This document shows, piece after piece, positions 36,219 to 44,865 of a stretch of 61,542 bases of DNA (the stretch's first letter is position 1; the number at the start of each line of letters is the position of its first letter). Position numbers and translations under genes: made by a program. The notes beneath the pieces are model-generated. The model had not been told where the DNA came from. It saw only the letters and a program-made list of their open reading frames with translations, and did not search any database. The stretch is taken from contig JAYVKG010000028.1 in NCBI GenBank assembly GCA_043768625.1, positions 1 to 61,542 of the forward strand, in the 5' to 3' direction. The stretch comes from Betaproteobacteria bacterium (GTDB lineage Bacteria > Pseudomonadota > Gammaproteobacteria > Burkholderiales > Usitatibacteraceae).

Positions 36219-38354
36219 TTATCGCACGGGCGCGGCAGCGGGGAGCCTGGCCTTGCTACGCTGCATCAAGCCCGCGCAACCCGCAGCGCCTTCCTTGGCG
36301 GCGGTGGGGTCGCCGCGATCGATCAGCGGAATCAGCGCCGCCAGCGGGTTGAGCAAGCCGAGCAGGACCGAGGTGGCCACTGTGCGTCCTAGTGGGCCTT
36401 TTTCAAGGGACACAGCCGGATTGGCGAAAGTGCCGCGCACCAATAAAGGCGTTCGCAACGTCAGCGGGCTAAAGTCCTTGGGTGTAACTACCGCCCGCAG
36501 CTCCATTGCTTCGGTGGCAAGTGACAACGAGCCCTCCACCCAAATCGCCGACTCGATGGTGTCCAATACCATTACCCGGGGACGAAACACGCCGTCCGTC
36601 GCGACCAGGTCTGCAACCGCGCACTGCACCGGCAGGGCATCATCACCTTTGAGCCACACGATCAAACCTTGCGCAATGTCCAGACCAGCCACTTCCACAG
36701 CCAGGTGCGACACCGCACCTTCGCGTACTTCGGTACGGAATTGGCCGTTCAGAGTGGCGAGAATCTCGGCGGTCGATCGCCCCTGCCCCTTCAACGTAGT
36801 TTGACCATTGAGTCGCCCCGAGATAAAAGGTGGCGCGTCTGCGGCGCGTGCTTGATGTATCCAGCGTTCAAGCCGTACTCCATCCCACCGCAGATCGGCT
36901 TTCCACAGCGCTTTCGAGCCGCGCCCATCCAGGCTCAGGCCGCCCATCAGTTTGCCCTGTCCAGTGCGCGTATCGATATCGCTCAATGTCAACACCCCGC
37001 CGGATAATTGCAGATGAGTGTGAAGCGGTCGCAGCGGCTCCAAAAAACGCGATTGCAAATCCAGCTCACCAATATCGATCAAAACATTCGCGTCCATGGC
37101 GCGCAACGATGCCAAATCGAACGGACGGTCGGGAAGCACCATGCCTTTGGCCTTGGTTATTTTCGTCAGCGGCGCAGAGGGCTGCGCCGTGGTCGCTGCC
37201 GTCGCAGCGGTGGTGCTACCTACCACGGGCCCCAGATCCGTCAGCAACAGCCGCGCGCCACCAAGCCGACCGGACAACAGATGCACGCTGCGGCCGGCAT
37301 CATAAGTGAACGCGCCGTTGAGTCGACTGGCACCCACGGTCGCATCGTCGATCACCACTTTCCATTTATCTGCCTGCCTGACGACCACACCGTCGGCCCG
37401 AAAGGCGCCAGTGGTCGGCAACGTTACGCGCAGCGCGTCGCCAGCGGCGGCCAGGGACGATCCCTTGACGGTGAATCGTCCGTTGAACCCGCCAAAATGC
37501 AACACATCCATCGCCGTACCCTTGAAGACCAGGCTGGCACCGCCGATTGTCGCGTTCAAGGTCAGCGGTACCGACACCGGCAGCGCCTCATCCACCGACC
37601 ACGGCAGCACGCCCGTTGAAACCATTTCGACTTTTAGTGGCAGATCGCGGTAACGGCCAGCAGCTTTCAACTGGAACAGGTTGTCGGCCTGCCCGGGCGC
37701 GGCGGTACCTTTGTCGCCAGATACAGGGCGCGCATTCACCACCGATACGCCATTGTCCAGGGATAAGCGCATTTCGACATCGATGGCCAGCGGCAAATCC
37801 TTGTAGCGAATCAAGCCGGTCGCGACCTGCAGACTTCCAAACAACGGTACTATGGCGGGTGGCGCAGGATCAGGCGTTGGTGGCGGCGGTGTTTGGTGCG
37901 GCCCGAATTGCCACGATGCGCGACCATCCACCAATCTTTCCAAATACCCGTCCAAGGTCGAGGCTTGTAAACGATGGATGCGCAGCGGCTGACCGCGATA
38001 AGCGCGCCACAGGTCTGCATAGCGCAATTCGAGTGTTACGTCGCGCGCCGATAGCATATGGGGTGCAGCGCTCCATGCCGGCGCAGCAATCTGCAGTTGT
38101 GGCGCTTGTAAATGGAGGCCCCCGATGAAACGAAGCCGGAAAGGTTTCAAATCAGACTCATCCGCGTTCCCTTCGGAATAGAAACTTACGCGACGATTCA
38201 GCTTATCCGACAGCAGGCGCTGCAACGGCTGGGCGAGAAACGGCCAGCCGATTGACTCACCTATTGCAAAGGCCAGCACCAGCGCGACCAGCACGGCGCC
38301 GCCAACAAAGAACCAGCGTCGGAGAGAAAAAGGGTGTCGCGACGCGTCGGTCAT
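36219..38354 (-). CDS. asmA: AsmA family outer-membrane biogenesis protein
   Basis: 711 aa. N-terminal TM anchor (WFFVGGAVLVALVLAFAI), long beta-rich periplasmic body and conserved AsmA-type C-terminal region. Confidence 0.85.
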   Translation of the reverse strand: MTDASRHPFSLRRWFFVGGAVLVALVLAFAIGESIGWPFLAQPLQRLLSDKLNRRVSFYSEGNADESDLKPFRLRFIGGLHLQAPQLQIAAPAWSAAPHMLSARDVTLELRYADLWRAYRGQPLRIHRLQASTLDGYLERLVDGRASWQFGPHQTPPPPTPDPAPPAIVPLFGSLQVATGLIRYKDLPLAIDVEMRLSLDNGVSVVNARPVSGDKGTAAPGQADNLFQLKAAGRYRDLPLKVEMVSTGVLPWSVDEALPVSVPLTLNATIGGASLVFKGTAMDVLHFGGFNGRFTVKGSSLAAAGDALRVTLPTTGAFRADGVVVRQADKWKVVIDDATVGASRLNGAFTYDAGRSVHLLSGRLGGARLLLTDLGPVVGSTTAATAATTAQPSAPLTKITKAKGMVLPDRPFDLASLRAMDANVLIDIGELDLQSRFLEPLRPLHTHLQLSGGVLTLSDIDTRTGQGKLMGGLSLDGRGSKALWKADLRWDGVRLERWIHQARAADAPPFISGRLNGQTTLKGQGRSTAEILATLNGQFRTEVREGAVSHLAVEVAGLDIAQGLIVWLKGDDALPVQCAVADLVATDGVFRPRVMVLDTIESAIWVEGSLSLATEAMELRAVVTPKDFSPLTLRTPLLVRGTFANPAVSLEKGPLGRTVATSVLLGLLNPLAALIPLIDRGDPTAAKEGAAGCAGLMQRSKARLPAAAPVR

Positions 38355-38688
38355 TGCCGGCGCGCGCTTGACGACCTAGTGTGTTGCCAATGCGCGAATA
38401 TTAGGGCGAAATCCATCATGGCCATATTGGTTCCAAAGGTAAACGGTGGATTGTTGCGCACCCGGCGCGGCGCGACTGTCTGCCAGCGCACAAAGCGGAA
38501 ATAAATTGGCGCATGCGTTGACGGCGACAGGTCAAATTTCTGCGATTTTGCGGAATAACAGGAGCAAATACTAGCACTGCTGCGGATTTCTGAACACTTA
38601 TGCTCTGGCAAGCCCGCCAGTACTTGTGTTTAGTTCTGAACATCGAGCCCGTTGCGTTGCGCTGGCAGGTAGCGCCGGCTGTTTGACT

Positions 38689-40005
38689 TCAGGATTTTTT
38701 TGCGTCGGTCCCGACCGTGCGCAAATACATCTGCGCGCTGTGAGGATTTCTTTGCAACGCTGCAGCCTTTGCCTGTTCGGCCAGCGCCTGTTGGCCTAGT
38801 GTGTGCCGGGCCTCCGCCAAAACCCAGTAGGCTTCGGCCGTATCCCAGCCGTTTTTTAGCTGCCGCTCGATCAGCGGCACGGCACGATCCGCTTTTCCCG
38901 CCAGCATCCAGGCTCTTGCCAATGCGACGGCAGCTTCGCCGTAGGGACGTGCGTCGAAATTCTTTTGCGCAAGTGACAGAGCAAGCACGGAATCTGTTGA
39001 GTTCTGCAGGAAATGGTCAAGGGCGTGGCCGGCCGCAGCCTCGGGGAAGGCAATGAGGCGTTGTTCGTAGAGGGCACGCGCTTTTGTCTGTAGTTTTTGG
39101 GCGTTGTCGCGGTTACCTTGCTGGCGCTCAATCATGGCGAGGGCATCCATGAATTCCGGCGCGCCGGTCCGCTCGACCACGCTCTCGTAAAGCCGTTTTG
39201 CGTCGGCTTGCTTGCCGTTCAACAGCAGGACCTCGGCGATATGCTCGTCAATCAACCACCAGCCGTCGAGCGCGTCAGCGGCCAGCCGATACAGCGCGAG
39301 CGCTTCGTCCAAGCGCCCCCGGTCGATCGCGACCAGTCCGCGTTGAAGCTTGAGCCAGGCGAGCATCGTCGGCGAGCCGCCGTGATAGCGCTTTTCCGCT
39401 GCTTCCAGCAATGCGGCGGCCTCGCCTGGGCCGCCCATCCATTTACGCAGCAGACCGAGGCGAATGTAATTCGGCGCGATCCCCGGGTCGTTAACCAGTG
39501 AGCGATAGATACTTTCGGCTTCGTGATAGCGCCCCGAATACATCGCCAGGTCTGCGCGCATCGTGGCTATTTCAGTCGGCTCCGCGGTGGTAGGACAGCT
39601 ATCTAGCGCGGCGCTTGCCTGAACCAGCCGGTGCAAAGTGTAGTGCAGTTTAGCCGCCGCCAGGCAATGCGAAGGGGTAGCGCGTGGCGCGGCGGAAAGG
39701 CTGTCCAGCAATGCCTCGGCCTTCGCGTAATCGTCGTAGCTCCCCGTCAACCGGGCACGCTCCTGATAGAGCGAGACAACTTCGTGCGGAATAAGCGTGT
39801 CAATGGATTGCCGCGCAGAAAGCGCGACGCCATGGTCGATCGCGGCGGTAAGTTTTTTTAGCTCGTCCGCATAATTGGCCGCGGGTGGCGTGCGCGCCTG
39901 GATCGATGCGCTGCCTGTGGCCTTGACGGCACCATCACAACCGATGAGAAAATAAACGCACGTCAGGCCCAGCACCATGCCGAGCCTGTGTTGGCCACAC
40001 CTCAA
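38689..40005 (-). CDS. TPR-repeat lipoprotein
   Basis: Lipobox LIGC, followed by helical repeats rich in A/L/Y with TPR-like periodicity. 4-nt overlap with the upstream gene. Confidence 0.78.
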   Translation of the reverse strand: MRCGQHRLGMVLGLTCVYFLIGCDGAVKATGSASIQARTPPAANYADELKKLTAAIDHGVALSARQSIDTLIPHEVVSLYQERARLTGSYDDYAKAEALLDSLSAAPRATPSHCLAAAKLHYTLHRLVQASAALDSCPTTAEPTEIATMRADLAMYSGRYHEAESIYRSLVNDPGIAPNYIRLGLLRKWMGGPGEAAALLEAAEKRYHGGSPTMLAWLKLQRGLVAIDRGRLDEALALYRLAADALDGWWLIDEHIAEVLLLNGKQADAKRLYESVVERTGAPEFMDALAMIERQQGNRDNAQKLQTKARALYEQRLIAFPEAAAGHALDHFLQNSTDSVLALSLAQKNFDARPYGEAAVALARAWMLAGKADRAVPLIERQLKNGWDTAEAYWVLAEARHTLGQQALAEQAKAAALQRNPHSAQMYLRTVGTDAKKS

Positions 40006-40730
40006 GGCTGCGCCGGACGCATATGCGGGAACGTTGCGGGGGACACCGTGCCGGTTTCGTCGCGTATCGGATTGATCACGCCTACCAGCGTGTTGATCGT
40101 ATGTGGCGGCGAGGGGCCCGAAATCCGCAGCAGCGCGGCGGACAGCAGGCGATCGACGACCGGGTCGTCGAAGCCGCGGCCATTGGGCCAGCCGGGCGCA
40201 GCGTTGAGGTCATAGGTGATGACATCCGGCAGAACCACTGGCGCCACGACGGCTACGCATGCCGATATGTCGACTTGCGCGTTACTCGTCGGCGGCGTGA
40301 CCATTTCGGTCGAGCAGGGCGTAAGTCCCAACGCGCGCAGGGCCGGGCCGACTTTGTAATGAATGTTGCGCAGTGAATTGGACTGCGAACCCACCGTCAA
40401 CAGGCCCGCAAAATCACGCGCGTCGTTGACCGGGTCGCCACGATTCAACGCATCCCGCTGGTTGTTAAAAGTATTGGATGCGTTGCCGGGGTTGAGCAGC
40501 GCGCCGGTCGGTCCAACCGGCGAAATTGCCGGGTCCCTTGACAACAGCGCGGTCGCAATCGCCGGCTCGCCGGTGCGGTCGACACGCACATAACGGTCCG
40601 GTGCTGCCTTGTTGAAAGCGAAATTGTCAGTCTGGCTGGCGTCGTTGGAGCAACCGCCGATAACTGCCGCGACGCCGAGACTCGAAATCAACCAGGCGCA
40701 GGAAGGTCGTGCAGGAAATTTCATGGTCAT
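40002..40730 (-). CDS. Lipoprotein resembling the C-terminal half of DUF4331
   Basis: Own lipoprotein signal (LGVAAVIGGC). Motifs DRTGEPAIATALL, WPNGRGFDDPVVD and a terminal FPHMRPA that I associate with the distal part of DUF4331. Confidence 0.6.
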   Translation of the reverse strand: MTMKFPARPSCAWLISSLGVAAVIGGCSNDASQTDNFAFNKAAPDRYVRVDRTGEPAIATALLSRDPAISPVGPTGALLNPGNASNTFNNQRDALNRGDPVNDARDFAGLLTVGSQSNSLRNIHYKVGPALRALGLTPCSTEMVTPPTSNAQVDISACVAVVAPVVLPDVITYDLNAAPGWPNGRGFDDPVVDRLLSAALLRISGPSPPHTINTLVGVINPIRDETGTVSPATFPHMRPAQP

Positions 40731-40734
40731 GGCA

Positions 40735-41451
40735 TCACCCCGCCACTCGGCCAGTGGTGGCCCAAACCCGCACCTTGGGCCGCACGCCGCCTACAGCCGG
40801 CGCCAATGCGTCATTGCTCATCTCAAATACAATCGCAGAGACGTTGCGAAAGGCAAATGAATCCCGCCGCGCCTGATTGCCGGCCAGTCTGAAGGCACCG
40901 ACCACGTCGCCGCTTTGCCCCGGCCCGGCGAAAGAACCGATGAGCGCGGTATATCCTTCCGCGTCGAAAAAGAACGGATCGTTGCGCAGACCCGCGAACG
41001 CTTTCATTCCTCCGGAAGACGTAATGACTTTCTCGGTCGCGCCGGAAAACGTTCCACCGGCGCCGGGCACATTCTCGAGTTGGAGCCCGCAGTTGTTTGC
41101 GGCATCCTTGCCGAATCTGGCAAATACCTGCACGTCGGGAATATTGTCGAAATTGCCTGCCGCATCAGCGCGATCAATATTGAGCGTATACAAAACGCCC
41201 GAATCACAGTAGAAAGAACCATCGATTCGGGATCGCGGCGCGGAACGCCCGCCGAAGGTTACCGCCGCGACGGTTTTGGTCGACGACTCGGGCGAAGGGA
41301 AGATAAAGACGTCGGCTAAGTCTGCCGCCGGATCGGCATCGGTACCCGGTGATTCGGCATGGTCTGCAGACATAACTGCTGCGCTCACCGCGAGCGCCAA
41401 TACCGCCGCTACTCCGCGCGGTATGCCGCGCAATCTCAACCTGGAGGACAT
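40735..41451 (-). CDS. Secreted protein resembling the N-terminal half of DUF4331
   Basis: Signal peptide, then ADHAESPGTDADPAADLADVFIFPSP, GLRNDPFFFD and RDSFAFRNVSAIVFEM motifs. Its stop lies 4 nt before the next ATG. Confidence 0.6.
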   Translation of the reverse strand: MSSRLRLRGIPRGVAAVLALAVSAAVMSADHAESPGTDADPAADLADVFIFPSPESSTKTVAAVTFGGRSAPRSRIDGSFYCDSGVLYTLNIDRADAAGNFDNIPDVQVFARFGKDAANNCGLQLENVPGAGGTFSGATEKVITSSGGMKAFAGLRNDPFFFDAEGYTALIGSFAGPGQSGDVVGAFRLAGNQARRDSFAFRNVSAIVFEMSNDALAPAVGGVRPKVRVWATTGRVAG

Positions 41452-41850
41452 AATGGTTTCTCCCTTAAATTTGATTTTTCGATCGGCGTGTTACAGCAAG
41501 AACGATGGCTGGCGCATGCCGTGCAACAAATCACTTTACTTCAAAAAAAAACGTTGGGTATCCCCTGATTGCGCCAGCGGTGAGCCATCACCGGCGGCCG
41601 TCGATCGCGGTCGCGCCATTGTGAATCGGGCCGACTTTACGTGCCGCAAAGCGTGTCAACGGTTGGCGACTAGTGGCAGTGCGAATGCAAATTCTCCACA
41701 CCGCGCGACATTTGGACGACGTCCTGCGCGGGCGGCACCCCTTCGTTTTCCCCTACCGGCGCGGTGATGGCCGGCTGGCTTAACGCTGCCACCACGTGCC
41801 GTTTTCATTGCGCATGAAGGTGGCGTTCAGTACCGCTAAAATCGAATACT

Positions 41851-41890
41851 GGCGGGCGTTTCCAGACACAAGTGGTTGGAAACGCCCGCC
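41851..41890 (-). terminator. Strong hairpin downstream of the ABM-domain gene
   Basis: Perfect 14-bp stem ggcgggcgtttcca / tggaaacgcccgcc with a 12-nt loop, 43 nt after the stop. Only a weak T-tract follows. Confidence 0.55.
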
Positions 41891-41932
41891 AAATGGCGAT
41901 CTAGCCTATGAGTTTTTTAGCTTGGCGCGCCA

Positions 41933-42235
41933 TCATCCCGGCAGCTTCGATGCCAGCACATCCACTTTCTCAATCGACGGTGCACTCGACAACAGGTCCG
42001 CCGCGTTTGCCATCAGAGCTGCAGCAATCGGCCCATTTAAGTGCGCGTTGCGCCCGGCATCATCGGGGAAGGCGTCGAAAATGCCAAAAGTGGACGGACC
42101 GATTTTCAACGCAAACCAAACAGGCGTGGCGGGCTCCTGGTTAGCCAAAGGCAAAGCGCTTTTCAGGAAGGCCTCTACAGCAGCTTGCTTGCCTGGCTTG
42201 GCTTCCAGACGTACCCACAATGCGACACTGACCAT
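41933..42235 (-). CDS. ABM-domain (antibiotic biosynthesis monooxygenase-like) protein
   Basis: Start re-called at the ATG at 42235 (AAGGA SD). MVSVALWVRLEAKPGK..FALKIGPSTFGIFDAF.. ferredoxin-like ABM pattern. Confidence 0.72.
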   Translation of the reverse strand: MVSVALWVRLEAKPGKQAAVEAFLKSALPLANQEPATPVWFALKIGPSTFGIFDAFPDDAGRNAHLNGPIAAALMANAADLLSSAPSIEKVDVLASKLPG

Positions 42236-42284
42236 GATGTTTTCCTTTAGGTTAATTAACCAACATGAACACAGTTTAGAAAAT

Positions 42285-42304
42285 GACTTGCCCGAAGGCA
42301 AGTT
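42285..42304 (-). terminator. UUCG-tetraloop hairpin plus T-tract, terminator-like, 270 nt downstream of the ghrA-like gene
   Basis: The minus strand reads acttgcc-ttcg-ggcaagt followed by cattttct. Confidence 0.4.
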
Positions 42305-42570
42305 GCAGGGAAGACAATTTTGGCGTCCGTATATCCCGCAACGTTATCGGCCGTGTGAGATAAGGTTTTTGGCTGGCTTGCGTCGCGGCGCGATATGTCC
42401 GGCATCGCAAACGAACCTGGCATAGCAGTGGGCATTGGCTTACCAATAAAACCGGCAGTCTTTGATGTCTCTATCGTCGGGACGCGGACACGTGTGCGTA
42501 TCGATCAGGACTTCTGCTCCCAGCGAAATCGCAGATGCTGGCGACGTCGGCGCGTTGCATCAGGGTCGAG

Positions 42571-43500
42571 CTAATAACCACGTAAGGTTTCCACCACGCC
42601 ATCAATCGCATCACCCCGCTCAAGCGCGGCAATTTTTTGTGCGATCTGTGCCACGCTCTGCGCGCGCAACGTGATCGCAGAGATATGTGGCGTGATGGTA
42701 ATTTTCGGGTGCGCCCAAAATTCATGGCCGCTCGGCAACGGCTCTTCGCGAAATACGTCGAGGGTGGCACCGGCAAGATGCCCGCTATCGAGCATGGTGA
42801 GCAGATCGATATCAACCAAATGTTTGCCGCGCGCGACATTGATGAGATAGCCGTTAGGTTTTAATGTTGAAAGCGTCGTCGCATTCAATATTCCCTCGGT
42901 CGCATCGGTTAGTGGCAAAACGCACACCAGTACGCGCGCACTGCGCAGAAATTTATCCAAGCCTTCTTTGGCGGCGAAAGTGGTAACGCCTGGACAGCTT
43001 TTCAATGTGCGCGACCAGCCGAAGGTCGGGTAATCAAAGCTCGCGACGGCGTGTGCGACCCGTGCGCCAATTTCACCCAAACCCATCACCCCCACAGGAA
43101 ACGCGGCGCGATCAATCGGGCCATGCTGTTTCCAGACGGCGTTGTTTGCCTGGGCCTCATAGCCATCAAGGCCGCGCGCGAAACGAAATAGCGCGTGACA
43201 AACGTATTCGGCCATTTGCACCGCCATGCCGGCATCGTTCAAACGAACGATCGGTACGCCCGCCAGCAGGTGCGAAATGGTCATCACACGATCGACACCG
43301 GCACCGATGTTGAATACGGCTTTAAATTGCCGCTGCGACGCGAATAATTCCAAGGGCGGTGCCCACAACACTGCATAGTCGGCCTGACGCGCCGCGCATT
43401 CCGGCGTCCACGCCCATATTTCTGCGCGCGGCAATGCAGCGGCTATTTCGTCAAGCCATGGTTGGATATTTTTGTCGGGGGAATAAAAAATGATTTTCAT
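42571..43500 (-). CDS. ghrA: D-isomer-specific 2-hydroxyacid dehydrogenase (glyoxylate/hydroxypyruvate reductase A-like)
   Basis: Start re-called at the ATG at 43500 (MKIIFYSP..). NAD-binding GVMGLGEIG, catalytic RG..VD and H motifs near the C-terminus. Confidence 0.8.
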   Translation of the reverse strand: MKIIFYSPDKNIQPWLDEIAAALPRAEIWAWTPECAARQADYAVLWAPPLELFASQRQFKAVFNIGAGVDRVMTISHLLAGVPIVRLNDAGMAVQMAEYVCHALFRFARGLDGYEAQANNAVWKQHGPIDRAAFPVGVMGLGEIGARVAHAVASFDYPTFGWSRTLKSCPGVTTFAAKEGLDKFLRSARVLVCVLPLTDATEGILNATTLSTLKPNGYLINVARGKHLVDIDLLTMLDSGHLAGATLDVFREEPLPSGHEFWAHPKITITPHISAITLRAQSVAQIAQKIAALERGDAIDGVVETLRGY

Positions 43501-43538
43501 GCTGCTATCGTTAGCACCTATAAATTTTGCTATTTCGA

Positions 43539-44759
43539 CTACCACTTACATCCATCCTCCCGCACCGAACTTAACGCCAGTGGTACGACGGCGGCCAATC
43601 CCAGGTCGGCATAAGCATTGCGGCAGTCATTTTTCTTCAATGCCTTATCGAATGCTTCTTGCACTTTGGTCTTTGGCGTGGGCGGCGGCGCCACGGGGAA
43701 GGGGAAAATCGTTCGTGGACCGCCACCGCCGATTTCACGCGCTCGACGGCGTACGGCGTCGAGGTCGATGCCAGGCGCCTTGCCTAATACAGGCGGGTTG
43801 ATCGACGGCGCGATTATGTTGTCGCGAAAGGTGGCGGGTTCACTAGCGACGTTGGGCGTGCCGGGCGGGCCGGATGTGGCAGCAGGGGTGGGAGCGACTT
43901 TGGTCTTGGCGGGGGCCGCATCAGGTGTGGCAACCGCGCGCTCGATTTGCGGTGTTTGGGGGGCTTCCGCAGGCCGAGACGCAACTGGCGCAACGGGCGG
44001 CGGCGCGGTTGGAACGACTGCGGGTGGTTCGGGCGGCTTTAGCTCAGCGGGCGGCGCGATGGCTTGCGCTGGTACTGGTTCTGGCTTCATTGTGTCAACC
44101 GGCGCTGCCGGAACGGCCGGCGTAGGCGCTGGCAAAACTTCGCGCGGGTGGGGCTCCGATTCGGCCACGGCAGGCTTCACAACCCCTCGCTCTATTTTTG
44201 ATGATTTAACTGGTTCGGGGGTGGCGATCACGGGTGACGTTCCGGGCGGAAATGGCGCAAAGGGTGGACTCGGCGGGGTCAGCGTTCCCAGGTTTGGAAC
44301 ACGGTCAAGCGACGCCTTGGGCACAACAAATTCTGTCACTGGCTTGTCTACTTCTGTGGAAATCAGTGGCGGCATCTCGACGCTAGGCAGTTGCAGGGCA
44401 GCATTTGTTTCTTCAGCGGGGACAATCGGTTCAGCCGGCGCAAGTGCGGCTGTTGCGCGAGCAGCAGTGATGTTCTGCGACGCAGTCGGTGCCGATCGCT
44501 TGGCGGCGACGGATCGCTCAAGGAAAGATGTATCTGCGTCAGTTTTCAATTGCGCGTTGCGGTCTGGCAGTAAGCTTTGCACTGTCACCGTCAAAGCGCC
44601 CCACAATTTTTCACCTTTCCGCGCGCTGGCACCGCTGGTGTCGCCAAACAGGACGATGGCGAGCACATGCAGCATCAGCGAGAGCAGCAGATACTGGTCG
44701 AGCGTAGGCCGTTCAACCTTCAATGCTGCAAGTCTGTTGAAAGTAAATCCACTATTCAT
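43539..44759 (-). CDS. Membrane-anchored Pro/Ala-rich protein with conserved Cys-containing C-terminal domain
   Basis: One TM helix (LLLSLMLHVLAIVLFG), about 250 aa of P/A/V/T low complexity, and a C-terminal ~70 aa ending in NDCRNAYADLGLAAVVPLALSSVREDGCKW. No family recognised. Confidence 0.55.
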   Translation of the reverse strand: MNSGFTFNRLAALKVERPTLDQYLLLSLMLHVLAIVLFGDTSGASARKGEKLWGALTVTVQSLLPDRNAQLKTDADTSFLERSVAAKRSAPTASQNITAARATAALAPAEPIVPAEETNAALQLPSVEMPPLISTEVDKPVTEFVVPKASLDRVPNLGTLTPPSPPFAPFPPGTSPVIATPEPVKSSKIERGVVKPAVAESEPHPREVLPAPTPAVPAAPVDTMKPEPVPAQAIAPPAELKPPEPPAVVPTAPPPVAPVASRPAEAPQTPQIERAVATPDAAPAKTKVAPTPAATSGPPGTPNVASEPATFRDNIIAPSINPPVLGKAPGIDLDAVRRRAREIGGGGPRTIFPFPVAPPPTPKTKVQEAFDKALKKNDCRNAYADLGLAAVVPLALSSVREDGCKW

Positions 44760-44865
44760 AGTTACCCGCGATAAGCCGACCGCCGGCTCTGGCAAACATC
44801 TGCAATCCGCGACTCGACGAACGCGCGCGTGAACCTAAATGATCCTCGCGGCGAGCAAAAACGAG

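Noticed and set aside
38355-38688. Two overlapping minus-strand ORFs (86 and 75 aa) in the TPR-asmA intergenic region
   Set aside because: They have no SD sequences, overlap each other in different frames, and have Cys/Arg-rich compositions with no recognisable motif. The region is more simply the asmA promoter and leader.
40730-40737. Possibility that the two DUF4331-like ORFs are one gene broken by a frameshift or stop
   Set aside because: The downstream ORF begins with a complete lipoprotein signal peptide (positive N-region, hydrophobic core, IGGC lipobox). This would not be expected in the middle of a single-chain protein. The junction also looks like normal translational coupling (TGA, 4 nt, ATG).
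41770-41805. 11-codon ORF (MRNENGTWWQR) and other tiny ORFs in the long leader upstream of the DUF4331-like operon
   Set aside because: They have no SD, are very short and carry no recognisable leader-peptide logic. They are kept only as part of the unexplained-leader observation.
43618-44832. 404-aa plus-strand ORF antisense to the Pro/Ala-rich membrane protein
   Set aside because: This is a typical GC-rich, low-complexity antisense artefact (Gly/Ala/Ser-rich, no SD, no recognisable domain). The minus-strand frame has a TM anchor and an ordered C-terminal domain.
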